NCBI GenBank assembly: GCA_963759805.1
Contig: CAVXAT010000001.1
Coordinates: 295,915 to 359,914 of the forward strand
From: an uncultured bacterium
GTDB taxonomy: Bacteria; Babelota; Babeliae; Babelales; RVW-14
Length of the DNA stretch: 64,000 nt
Direction of reading: 5' to 3'
Position 1 is the first letter of the stretch, and each line of letters starts with the position of its first letter. The notes under the pieces are model-generated. The model was given only the letters and a program-made list of their open reading frames with translations. It did no database searches and was not told the origin of the DNA. Position numbers and translations under genes: made by a program. Below are positions 1 through 9,274 of this stretch, piece after piece.

Positions 1-425
1 CTTTTAAACGAAAAAGACTTTCAGGTTTTTATAACTAGTCCTATTGCTCTTGATGTTTTCGACTTTAAACAAGCCCTTTTTGTTGAAATTTAATATTTTG
101 CATGTTTTGAATTTGACTTTATTAGAATTTAGTTTAGCATCAATGCTCCAGTTTAAAGTAGCTTAATTAAAAGCGACTTAATTAGACGAAATTGACATTT
201 TTTGTAGCAAAATTGGCTTTTATGATCATTATTTATAAATAAATTTCATATTTGAAAAGTTAATGATTAATTCTTTTTCATGAAAGCAAATAAAAAAAGA
301 GCTTGATTTTCTTGTAGAATCAGTTAGATTGAATACAGTAATTGAAAGTTATAGTGGATAAGTATCCAAAAGATAAAAAACAAAAATTTTAATAGACTTC
401 ATTACTACTCTCCTTTCTCCTTTTT

Positions 426-459
426 CCGCCATGTAATTTATTACATGGCGGTTGTTTTG
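426..459 (+). terminator. Rho-independent terminator-like hairpin
   Basis: Perfect 11-bp stem CCGCCATGTAA/TTACATGGCGG, 4-nt loop, T-rich tail TTGTTTTGT. Confidence 0.7.
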
Positions 460-781
460 TGTATTCTATTTCATCTGAAAACTCCGAAAATAGCTTTTAT
501 AGTTTTGCACAAAAATCTCATGTAAAGCGCAAACCAGCTTACAAATGATAAAAACGCTTAGGCATTTCCTCTTTTGGGTTTAAAATAATTTGTTTTTCAT
601 TTTTAATTATATGTCGTTTGATTGGTTTGGATAGAATGTAATTGTAAGGGATCGTGTGACTGGTTGGGATAGCTATGCAATTAATGGTCTGTTTAATCTA
701 TCCTTTTCAATAAAGATTCGAAGGTTTAATTGCTGTTACGCGACGTCAGTCGCAGTAACTCAATTAAAATTTAGATCCATT

Positions 782-809
782 TTTTAACATAATAATCATT
801 ATCAGACGT
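782..809 (-). other. dif site (XerC/XerD chromosome dimer resolution site)
   Basis: Minus strand reads ACGTCTGATAA-TGATTA-TTATGTTAAAA in 11-6-11 architecture; XerD arm matches E. coli TTATGTTAAAT at 10/11; lies in a ~1 kb stretch with no long ORF. Confidence 0.8.
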
Positions 810-1055
810 CACTTGTCAAGCATAATTCCCATTTAATCAAACTGCCTTCTCAATCAGGGCTCAGAATTTAAGAATGTTGACCTCGGGAATTATGTGCAAA
901 TATTTCTAAGAATTACGAGGCAAACCTCAAAGAATTGCTCCTGGACGATTAAAATTTCAACTTTTTACTCGTTTTTTGCACCTCTTTGACAGACAATACC
1001 ATCTGGTTTATAATTATTTTCTATTAGAACAAAACAAGATTTAGGGGGGTATTCC

Positions 1056-2438
1056 ATGTCAAAAAAACTATTCTTTGTGCTTACTGCCACGCTCATCCTT
1101 CAAGCTGCATCACCCTTGATGGGCGCAGCGGTATCACCCCAACAGATCCCAACCGAAGCCGCAACCATCTGGGATACCTTTATAGCTGCTCTAGAAGCAA
1201 CACCAACCAATGAGTGCCAGATAAGAGATCTTTTGGATAAGAACCCGGTGCTTGTGCGTGGTACGTACACTGGTCAAGACAATTGGCTCAATGGGCGGAA
1301 TGCCCTCCATTTCGCTGCTCAAATAGGACGTGCGGATATAATTCGATTACTAGTCAAAACTTTTGGTATTGATCCCAGCACCACCATCAACAATCCTAGA
1401 TCTGATTGGCATGGTTTTTCAGCCCTTCACCTTGCTGCTAAAAAGGGACTGACCAACATTGTTCGTTTATTCCTTGAAACCTTCGAGCTTGATCCCAACA
1501 CCCGCATTAACAATCCCCTACACCCATGGCATGGCTATACAGCCCTACATCTTGCGGCTGAAAATGGTCATGCAAGCGTTGTTCATTTACTCATTAAAAT
1601 TCACTTGGTTAATCCCATCCTACCCGTTATCAATCCAGGAGATCAAGTACATGGGGCAACAGCAATACACCTTGCTGCTGAATGTGGTCATGCAAATGTT
1701 ATTCGCGAGCTTCTTGAACATGGTGTCGATCCTAAGGCCCCCATCAACAATCCTGGATCTGATTGGCATGGCTATACTGCCCTACATCTTGCCGCTGAAA
1801 GTGGTCGGACAGCTGTTATTCGGTTACTTCTTGAACAAAAAGCTTTTCCCATCAACCCCGATGCCTTCATTAATAATCCTCGAGGCAAAGGACATGGCTA
1901 TACAGCCATACTTCTTGCCACGATACATGGACATGAATCTGTTGTTCGTCTGCTCATTCAATCCTTTCGTGTTGATCCTGACATCACTACTTTTATAGAA
2001 GGGGCGACACTCCTCCATATCGCCGCTCGATTTGGCCATGCAGACATTGCTCGTTTACTTCTTGAAGATTTTTTGGCAGACCCTAACACCATTAATTGGG
2101 AAGGACGCACAGCCATCCACCTTGCTGCTGAATATGGCCATGAAGCCGTTATTCGCTTGCTCCTTGACCATAATGCCAATCCTAATCTTCCCATTATCAA
2201 CCCTGAACATCCACGGGATGGCTGGGCAGCCATCCACTTTGCTGCTGCAATGGGTTATGAAGCGATCGTTTGCTTGCTCCTTGATCATAATGCCAATCCT
2301 AATCTTCCCATTATCAATCCCGAAAATGAGCATTATGGATATACCGCTCTTTCCCTCTCTATTGAATTTGGACATTTCAATATTGTAGAATTACTTCAGT
2401 TAAGACATGTAGGGATTGTGCTGCTTCAGTACACATAA
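1056..2438 (+). CDS. Secreted ankyrin-repeat protein (about 10 repeats, mostly ~40 aa)
   Basis: Repeated G-x-T-A-L-H-L-A-A-x-x-G-H motifs; hydrophobic N-terminal signal peptide. Confidence 0.9.
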   Translation: MSKKLFFVLTATLILQAASPLMGAAVSPQQIPTEAATIWDTFIAALEATPTNECQIRDLLDKNPVLVRGTYTGQDNWLNGRNALHFAAQIGRADIIRLLVKTFGIDPSTTINNPRSDWHGFSALHLAAKKGLTNIVRLFLETFELDPNTRINNPLHPWHGYTALHLAAENGHASVVHLLIKIHLVNPILPVINPGDQVHGATAIHLAAECGHANVIRELLEHGVDPKAPINNPGSDWHGYTALHLAAESGRTAVIRLLLEQKAFPINPDAFINNPRGKGHGYTAILLATIHGHESVVRLLIQSFRVDPDITTFIEGATLLHIAARFGHADIARLLLEDFLADPNTINWEGRTAIHLAAEYGHEAVIRLLLDHNANPNLPIINPEHPRDGWAAIHFAAAMGYEAIVCLLLDHNANPNLPIINPENEHYGYTALSLSIEFGHFNIVELLQLRHVGIVLLQYT

Positions 2439-2477
2439 TTTAAAATGTGGAAAAAAAATTTTGTGGGCGCCCAGAAT

Positions 2478-3014
2478 TTAAGACCTCATCGCTCGGGCCA
2501 ACACCGAACCAGGCATCCACAGACCACAAAGACTGATAGCCAAAGCATCAGTAACGTCACTTTGAACCGAAACCCCCAATTCAGAAACTCTAGGAAACAA
2601 GCGAAAAACCATATTCGCCACCTGCTCCTTGCTCGCACCTCCAAAACCGGTAACCGCAGCTTTAACCTCACGTGGCGCAAATTCGTGCAAGATTTGTCCA
2701 TGTTGATCGGCCAAAAGATATAAGACCCCTCGCAAATACCCCAACTTTAAAAATGTTTGAGCATTTTTACCCAAAAAGGATGTCTCTAGCGCTATCTCAC
2801 GTACACAACATGTTGTAATTTTTTCATTAAAAAATTTATAGAAAATTCCGACACGAGTTGAAAGTGTCTGAGCCGAACTCATTTTCAAATAACCACAATC
2901 AATTAGAAACGTTTTGCCTGATTCTTTTTTTAAAATTGCATAACCGGTTACGTGAAAACCGGGATCAACTCCAAGAATAACCGAATCACCATTCATCTCA
3001 CTCTCCCCATTCAT
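2478..3014 (-). CDS. ruvC: Crossover junction endodeoxyribonuclease RuvC
   Basis: ILGVDPG, ALETSF, EVKAAVTGFGGASKEQV and DVTDALAI motifs. Confidence 0.95.
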   Translation of the reverse strand: MNGESEMNGDSVILGVDPGFHVTGYAILKKESGKTFLIDCGYLKMSSAQTLSTRVGIFYKFFNEKITTCCVREIALETSFLGKNAQTFLKLGYLRGVLYLLADQHGQILHEFAPREVKAAVTGFGGASKEQVANMVFRLFPRVSELGVSVQSDVTDALAISLCGLWMPGSVLARAMRS

Positions 3015-3088
3015 GACACTCTTAGAACCTTTTTATTCAAGGATAAAAAATAAATCTAAAAAATTGGACTGTCTACCGGAGAAATTTC

Positions 3089-4126
3089 TTAATGCTGATC
3101 AACGTTATCTTCTGCTTTAAGATCCAGACTAAAAAAACACGGTTTGTATTCCTTGTCTAAGATTTGAGCTATTAAAGATCTAATCTCGTCCTTGTTATTG
3201 AAAATGTTTGCTTGAATAAAATCCCTATTTCTCAGAATCTCGCGTAAGGTTTGCTTTTCAAATTGAGTTCGTGGTAATTTTTTCTCATATCCCGTCTGAT
3301 CTGTATCTGTTAATCCATCCATTATAATTGCAACTGAAATAAATCCAAGGCGTTCGAAGCAGTTGTTCAAACTCTGTTTATCAGCACAATTCAAAATTCC
3401 TGCAATAGCATGAAATAGCACACATTGATTCAACCCATAGCCATATCCAAATTGATTAAGATTCTTATTTTTGTAACGATTTATATCTAAAATGCTACGA
3501 AGTTCTATGTTACGCCTATCGATTATTTTTCGGACAGTCCCTACCCCTACTCCCTGGTTAATAACACTTAATAATTGCGCAGCCTTAAATTGAATTGCTC
3601 GATGGATATCCGCTTGGGACGGTCTTTGGGCCCAACCAACACGATAATCCTTACCGGGATCAGGTACTATGTCTTGAATAGCTGATTTTTGCACGAAAGC
3701 CTTTGAGATAGGACTGTTTTCAACCCTTGTTATAATCGAGTAAAAGTGGTCCATATCTTGTATTTTAAAATGTTCCTCTTTGTGGGGGCAGCACTCCTGA
3801 GGGGTATTTCTTAGATAACATTCAAGAGCACACGATATGCGCATTATTGCCATGTTAAGATCGGACTCTTTACTAGGTTGTGGAAATGAACTATTCCCAT
3901 CAGCATACTCCTTTGCACCACAGTACCAATAGTATTTCAGTGAAGATTGATTTTGTTCAAAATAACAACATAAAGCCTCAATGAAATCCATACTTTCTTG
4001 CTTCGTCAAATCCTTGTTTTTTAAATTATAGAAATTTAGAGAGCTGCAATCCATAGCATTAATCACGCTAAACAAATGAAGTATTCCACAAAACACTAAC
4101 TTTTTTATCTTCAAATTTATTTTCAT
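3089..4126 (-). CDS. Hypothetical secreted protein
   Basis: 345-aa ORF; signal peptide ending ...SVINA-MD; no family recognised. Confidence 0.7.
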   Translation of the reverse strand: MKINLKIKKLVFCGILHLFSVINAMDCSSLNFYNLKNKDLTKQESMDFIEALCCYFEQNQSSLKYYWYCGAKEYADGNSSFPQPSKESDLNMAIMRISCALECYLRNTPQECCPHKEEHFKIQDMDHFYSIITRVENSPISKAFVQKSAIQDIVPDPGKDYRVGWAQRPSQADIHRAIQFKAAQLLSVINQGVGVGTVRKIIDRRNIELRSILDINRYKNKNLNQFGYGYGLNQCVLFHAIAGILNCADKQSLNNCFERLGFISVAIIMDGLTDTDQTGYEKKLPRTQFEKQTLREILRNRDFIQANIFNNKDEIRSLIAQILDKEYKPCFFSLDLKAEDNVDQH

Positions 4127-4202
4127 CTTGGTCCTTGCATTGTTTTCATAAGTTTTTTATAACTCGATAAACATAATTTATACTTTTTAGTGATACTGGC
4201 AA

Positions 4203-5597
4203 TTACATTGGATACTCATGATCAGAAACGTCGTAAAACCGCGTTATATCGCCTCTAAATTTGACATTAAGTTGACCGGTGGGCCCGTTACGTTGCTTGC
4301 CAATGATTATCTCTGCAATATCCGGATTCTGCGTGTCTGGATTGTAGAGAATATCCCGATAAATGAAGAATATAACATCTCCGTCCTGCTCAATAGCACC
4401 TGATTCACGTAAGTCAGACAACAAAGGCCGTTTATCCATCCGACTTTCAAGCGACCGAGACAACTGCGACAGTGCTAAGACCGGAATTCCCAACTCCTTA
4501 GCCAAAGCTTTAAGCGAACGGGATATTGCAGAAATTTCCTGTGTTCTATTTTCATGTCTTTGACTGGAACTTATCAATTGTAAATAATCAATCACAAGAA
4601 AACTGATGTTGTACTGAGCTTTAAGCTTTCGCGCTTTTGCTCTCAATTCCAGAATATTTAGACCAGGTGAATCATCAATAAAAATTTTTGCCTCCGCCAG
4701 ACTTGCCGCAGTGTTGGTTAATTCCATCCATTCGTCAGACGAGACCATTGCATTTCGAATCTTTTGGTGCGGAATCTGCGCCTCTGCTGAGAGCATACGC
4801 AAAACTAGCTGCTCCGACGACATTTCAAGCGAAAATATTCCAACCGATGAACCGCTATGCCAGGCATTTAGGGCAAAATTAAGAGCCAGAGCGGTTTTTC
4901 CCATAGAGGGACGAGCAGCCAAAATAAGTAGATCTCCATTCTGCATACCAGATGTCAACTCATCAAATTTTGCAAACCCTGAAGGAATTCCCGTGACCCC
5001 TTCGCGAGACGATTTGACTTTGGCCAAATTTTGAAAAGTTTTCTTCAATAAGATATCAAGCTGGACAAATGTTGTCGGCGCAAGTTTATTTGAAATCTGA
5101 AAAATCTTTTTTTCTGCTGAATCAAGAACACTGTCAATCTCATCAATATCCTGATTGTAACAGGTTGTTATAATATCAGCGGCGGAATGTATCAGATCAC
5201 GCAAAACAGCTTTATCTTTAACAATTTTTGCGTGCTGCACAACAAGACCAATAGATGGAATGTCTTCCTGAAGCTCTATGAGATAGGTAATGCCCCCACA
5301 AGCATCCAGTAATTTTTTCGTATCCAGGTAATCCTGCAACACGAGCAAATCAAGTTTTTTATTAGATTGTGCCAAATCAGCAATCGCTTGATAAATAACC
5401 TGATGTTGTTTAAGCGAAAAATCGGAAGACTTTAAAATATCGGTCACTAGGGTTAAATTCTCGTCATTTAAAAGAATTGCAGCCAGTACAGCCTTTTCGG
5501 CTTCAACACTGGCCGGCAATCTTTTACCCAGCACCGATTCAGTCTGAACCGCTCTGCTTTCTTGAAAATTATCCCTGTATGCTAACTCAGACATCAA
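4203..5597 (-). CDS. dnaB: Replicative DNA helicase DnaB
   Basis: AARPSMGKT Walker A, IDYLQL, LSDLRESGAIEQD, KQRNGPTG. Confidence 0.97.
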   Translation of the reverse strand: MMSELAYRDNFQESRAVQTESVLGKRLPASVEAEKAVLAAILLNDENLTLVTDILKSSDFSLKQHQVIYQAIADLAQSNKKLDLLVLQDYLDTKKLLDACGGITYLIELQEDIPSIGLVVQHAKIVKDKAVLRDLIHSAADIITTCYNQDIDEIDSVLDSAEKKIFQISNKLAPTTFVQLDILLKKTFQNLAKVKSSREGVTGIPSGFAKFDELTSGMQNGDLLILAARPSMGKTALALNFALNAWHSGSSVGIFSLEMSSEQLVLRMLSAEAQIPHQKIRNAMVSSDEWMELTNTAASLAEAKIFIDDSPGLNILELRAKARKLKAQYNISFLVIDYLQLISSSQRHENRTQEISAISRSLKALAKELGIPVLALSQLSRSLESRMDKRPLLSDLRESGAIEQDGDVIFFIYRDILYNPDTQNPDIAEIIIGKQRNGPTGQLNVKFRGDITRFYDVSDHEYPM

Positions 5598-5646
5598 ATC
5601 CCTAGTTTAAAAATCTAAAGTGCGCAATCTAATCAATTTTTGTGTG

Positions 5647-6099
5647 TCAATTCTTTGATATATCGACAACTTTTAATGTAAACTGAGGCTTTAATTTCGA
5701 TGAAAGTCTTACAGTAACTTTATGTTCACCGATTGCTTTTACAGATTTATCAAATTCAACCTGTTTGCGGTTCACAATGATCTCATTCTTTTTAAGCAAC
5801 TCAACAATTTCGTCCGGTCCAACTGAACCATAAAGTTTTCCATCATCATGAGTCTTCTCTTTGATTGTGAGATGAAGAGATTTTATTTTTTCGGCTAACA
5901 TTGCCACTTTACTGTTGATGATTTCAGTTTTTTGCTTCACAGCTTCAACTTTCACCTTAAAACTTGAGGCATTTTCATCAGTCACTTGAGTGGCAAGCTT
6001 GCGAGGAAAAAGAAAATTTTTGGCATAGCCATCCGAAACATTTATCATCATTCCTGCCATACCAACATTTACAACGTCTTTGAGCATGTACACTTTCAT
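5647..6099 (-). CDS. rplI: 50S ribosomal protein L9
   Basis: MKVYMLKDV...VSDGYAKNFLFP, GKLYGSV; start moved to the ATG at 6099. Confidence 0.95.
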   Translation of the reverse strand: MKVYMLKDVVNVGMAGMMINVSDGYAKNFLFPRKLATQVTDENASSFKVKVEAVKQKTEIINSKVAMLAEKIKSLHLTIKEKTHDDGKLYGSVGPDEIVELLKKNEIIVNRKQVEFDKSVKAIGEHKVTVRLSSKLKPQFTLKVVDISKN

Positions 6100-6186
6100 A
6101 ATCAGCCCTCTTTTATTTGGGATTAATCGCATTTAACGATAAGTTTAAAAAACAGTAAACACGTGTAGAAAATTATAACAGAATGC

Positions 6187-7743
6187 CTAAAAATTTGTAT
6201 CCAAGAATTTTAATTTTTCATGCCCAACGTAAATAAGTGGAATCCCACTTAAAACAGATTTCAGCCTCGCCCCATCCTGCATGATTTTTTTAAAGTAACC
6301 CATAAACCAGCTGTCATTCACGGAAAATATGATATATGCAGAATTCGCCTGGCAACCCGCTGGTTTATCCCGGCTCCCGGCATTACATGCCTTAACAATC
6401 CCAGAAAAAGTTTTATAACTCGAGACAAAAAACAGCTCTGAGCATATTTGTGGAATAAAAATGATCCTGCCAACTGCAGTTGGGTTTTGCGAATCCCCAA
6501 TACAGTTAAATTCAAAATAATTCTCTTGTTTTAACTTTTTTGCCCTGGAGAATTGAGAAATCTCTTGGGAAAAAGCTTTATTCAAAAAAATACGTTGCAA
6601 CACTTCAAGCTTTTTATAAAAACGGGGGATTTTTTCTACAAATGGCACGCAATGTTTTTTAACATAAATTTTTTTTATGCGACGTTGATTTACCCAACTC
6701 ACCGCCTGACAAATTTTTCCCTTAAATTCGTGCTGTGTCCCTATGAACAGATGTGCATTGTCAGGCAGAACGCTACTCCACAGCTCAATAAACCCGGGAT
6801 AGGTATTCAACGGAAAAGGAAATGAACTCTCCGGCGCAAGGATTATAAACTGCCTGTCTTCATCCCGTCTCTCCCACAACTTTAGATCACAAAGTTTTCT
6901 GTAAATCTGATACTCATAGCTAACCGAATTTTGGTCAAAAGATGCAGTATCCGGTTTTAGATAAATAAACTCGACGCCGTCTGCTGCTGCTAGTTTGCAA
7001 GCGGGCAAGCCAGACTGATAGCCAACTCCCCTGCCAAACAAAATACCTGCAAACACACATGTTTTCGTAAATAATTCAAAATTAACCAACGGGATTAATG
7101 GATTTAAAAACGGATAACCCTCTATTCTCCCCAAAAACCACAACGCATAATTTTCAAGCAGATAAAAATAGCAGTAGCAAGTAATAAGAAATATTGAAAA
7201 TTGTGCAGCACTATAACAGTAATAGTCGCAAGAAGAGAAATAGTCGCGAACTTTTCTGAAAATTAACTGCGTAACCCAAACCCACACAGCACTTGTAAAA
7301 GAAAAATAAGTTATGCTGAACAGATAGACAAAAATAGCAAAGCATGTGCCGGATTTTACTTTATCCAGAAGCAGAACCAATAACCAGATAAAATGGAATG
7401 AAAATACGAGCACGCCCCAAGCCAAACCGTACCAGAAAACAGAAGGCCCAAACTTGCCCGCTCGTGGTGAGTGCCGGCCGATCCCTCGATACACGCACTG
7501 CGTGCGCACTCGGGACGAGCGGCCGGTGTATCGAACCATGCGGGCATAAAATTTACTTGCGATGCTACCATTTAGCGTCTGTCCCACTTTAATTAAAACC
7601 CAGAAAACCAAAAATAAAGAGGGCAAAACAAGAAATCCAAGATATTCAGAAGAAAAGAAAGCCACATCATAAAGAAGCGCTGAGAGTAAAATAAGTAACC
7701 ATAAAAGAGATCCCGGTACCATTTTGATCTTTGGTTTCAGCAT
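6187..7743 (-). CDS. Apolipoprotein N-acyltransferase-like membrane protein carrying an in-frame palindromic insertion
   Basis: Multiple N-terminal TM helices; nitrilase-like motifs APES, YVKKHCVPFVE, QICSEL, VNDSWF resembling Lnt. Confidence 0.7.
   Translation of the reverse strand: MLKPKIKMVPGSLLWLLILLSALLYDVAFFSSEYLGFLVLPSLFLVFWVLIKVGQTLNGSIASKFYARMVRYTGRSSRVRTQCVYRGIGRHSPRAGKFGPSVFWYGLAWGVLVFSFHFIWLLVLLLDKVKSGTCFAIFVYLFSITYFSFTSAVWVWVTQLIFRKVRDYFSSCDYYCYSAAQFSIFLITCYCYFYLLENYALWFLGRIEGYPFLNPLIPLVNFELFTKTCVFAGILFGRGVGYQSGLPACKLAAADGVEFIYLKPDTASFDQNSVSYEYQIYRKLCDLKLWERRDEDRQFIILAPESSFPFPLNTYPGFIELWSSVLPDNAHLFIGTQHEFKGKICQAVSWVNQRRIKKIYVKKHCVPFVEKIPRFYKKLEVLQRIFLNKAFSQEISQFSRAKKLKQENYFEFNCIGDSQNPTAVGRIIFIPQICSELFFVSSYKTFSGIVKACNAGSRDKPAGCQANSAYIIFSVNDSWFMGYFKKIMQDGARLKSVLSGIPLIYVGHEKLKFLDTNF
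7455..7546. repeat. Palindromic module element (module A nested in module A), in frame in the lnt-like gene
   Basis: TGCCCGC...GCGGGCA termini; outer CGCTCGTGGTGAG...TCGAACC with an inverted inner CGCTCGTCCCGAG...TCGAGGG copy. Confidence 0.85.
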
Positions 7744-8191
7744 TCAAATTGCCATTCGCGTTACGCTCAAGCAAACATCTTAGATTACAAACAATCTGAT
7801 TACCATTCACCAAGCTGGCAGACAAGACCAAACAATCTGTCTTGCAGACAGATTGTTTGGTCTTGATTTCAGATTTTGCCTTGGGAGCAAATACTGTAAA
7901 TCGCGCAACGTTTGCATTTTTAATTTCAACTTCAGTTAAACAAAAATTCACATCAACATCTGTTGGTTTTTTCAATTTTAAAAAGGTATCAAAATTTTTA
8001 CAAGTCAAATCAACTCCTGAATTCAAAATTCTGTTCGTCAGATAAAACCGTTTATAAAAAAGTTCACGCTGGTACTGGACGTCACACATTAAACTCGACA
8101 CATGCCAACAGCGAATGGCGGCAAGTGACACAACAAATGAAACAATAAAAACAAGTAAAAGAGCGCTACCGCATGAAAGTTTGCTCTTCAT
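7667..8191 (-). CDS. PilX/GspK-like minor pilin or pseudopilin
   Basis: G-SALLLVFIV prepilin-like N-terminus; last of three overlapping pilin-like genes. Confidence 0.55.
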   Translation of the reverse strand: MKSKLSCGSALLLVFIVSFVVSLAAIRCWHVSSLMCDVQYQRELFYKRFYLTNRILNSGVDLTCKNFDTFLKLKKPTDVDVNFCLTEVEIKNANVARFTVFAPKAKSEIKTKQSVCKTDCLVLSASLVNGNQIVCNLRCLLERNANGNLNAETKDQNGTGISFMVTYFTLSASL

Positions 8192-8811
8192 GCTACAACC
8201 CTATTCCTAAATTTTATAAAAAATTTTTGTTCAAAAATCTTTTGCTCTTGCCCAGCCGTGCCTGGCGTTTTGTCCGTCGTAGCCTTGGCGAAGTCGGAAG
8301 CCACGACTTGTCCCTCGGAGCTACCTGAGCGGGGTGGGAAGGGCGAAGCCTGGGAACAGGTACTTTTGTAAACAACCCAAACGCCACTACATTCCAAAAC
8401 AAAACTGATCTCTTTTATAGATTTGCAAACAATACAGGATGTTCTAGAAATCCACACATGCTTTACAAAATCATACTCACCCTGTGCACGCATAAGGCCC
8501 TGATTTCCAATAAACCAAGAGACCCCAATGCTCTGCGGTACATTTTTGTCAATCAGGGTTAGTTTTTTAAAAACGGACTGCTGCAAATCCCAATCAGTGG
8601 AATACTGGCTGGCACTCATCAAATCTCTTTTTAGCAGATCGAGTGCAATGGTTTGTCTATGTAAATTTTCTTGCTCGGAAGAGACGTTCATAAACTTAAG
8701 CTGCGCTCGTGAAGCCACACCCAAGAACAGTACTGATATAAATGAAAATAGAGCGAGATAAACAGTAAATTCAACTAATGAAAAGCCTTTATTCTTCACA
8801 TACTCTTTCAT
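8188..8811 (-). CDS. Prepilin-type N-terminal methylation protein (PilW/GspJ-like) with an in-frame repeat insertion
   Basis: KGFSLVEF type IV prepilin motif followed by a hydrophobic helix. Confidence 0.8.
   Translation of the reverse strand: MKEYVKNKGFSLVEFTVYLALFSFISVLFLGVASRAQLKFMNVSSEQENLHRQTIALDLLKRDLMSASQYSTDWDLQQSVFKKLTLIDKNVPQSIGVSWFIGNQGLMRAQGEYDFVKHVWISRTSCIVCKSIKEISFVLECSGVWVVYKSTCSQASPFPPRSGSSEGQVVASDFAKATTDKTPGTAGQEQKIFEQKFFIKFRNRVVA
8255..8354. repeat. Nested palindromic element (module B containing 30-bp and 33-bp inserted modules), in frame
   Basis: Removing the two inserts restores GCCGTGCCTGGCGTAGCCACGAAGGGCGAAGCCTGGG, nearly identical to the reverse complement of 40808-40844. 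Confidence 0.85.
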
Positions 8812-9209
8812 ATCTCAAGACAACAATTTTTCCCAACCAACGATTTCCACTCTACTTTAACTTTTGTAACTGACTTATCTTTATCTGGTTGAGCAAGATT
8901 CTTTTGCCCAAAAGAGCTTGGCTCAAAACTAAGCCTAAAATTACGCCCATTACTGACAAAAATAGCTGATTCGCCGTTAGTCTTATTCAAACTACCCTGC
9001 TCCAACAATTCAACCGCCATTCCCAACGCCTTATCCCGCATATAAAAAGAGTCCTGTAGCTCAAGCAGTAGTGATTGCATGCGCATTAATGAGGAGATTA
9101 GTACCAGTCCTATAACAATAGCCACCATTAACTCTATTAACAAAAAACCTGAAGAGTGTGATTTTGCCATATCAAGCCATCTTTTAATCCCACAGTTTGA
9201 CTTTAACAT
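8808..9209 (-). CDS. Prepilin-type N-terminal methylation protein (PilV/GspI-like)
   Basis: SGFLLIELMVAIVI motif; true start may be the ATG at 9170. Confidence 0.8.
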   Translation of the reverse strand: MLKSNCGIKRWLDMAKSHSSGFLLIELMVAIVIGLVLISSLMRMQSLLLELQDSFYMRDKALGMAVELLEQGSLNKTNGESAIFVSNGRNFRLSFEPSSFGQKNLAQPDKDKSVTKVKVEWKSLVGKNCCLEI

Positions 9210-9274
9210 TCCAAATCCTATAAAATTATATTAGAAATTAAATATTTCGGGCCTTTTATAAAGCCGGGGGGGCT

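Noticed and set aside
1459..2388. Alternative-frame and antisense ORFs over ankyrin and housekeeping genes (also 42707, 45977, 51112 and others)
   Set aside because: Shadow ORFs of repetitive or conserved genes, with no motifs or RBS support.
3539..3546. KOPS-like GGGNAGGG oriented toward dif
   Set aside because: Opposite-orientation copies also occur (near 8336 and 11175); too few to show polarity.
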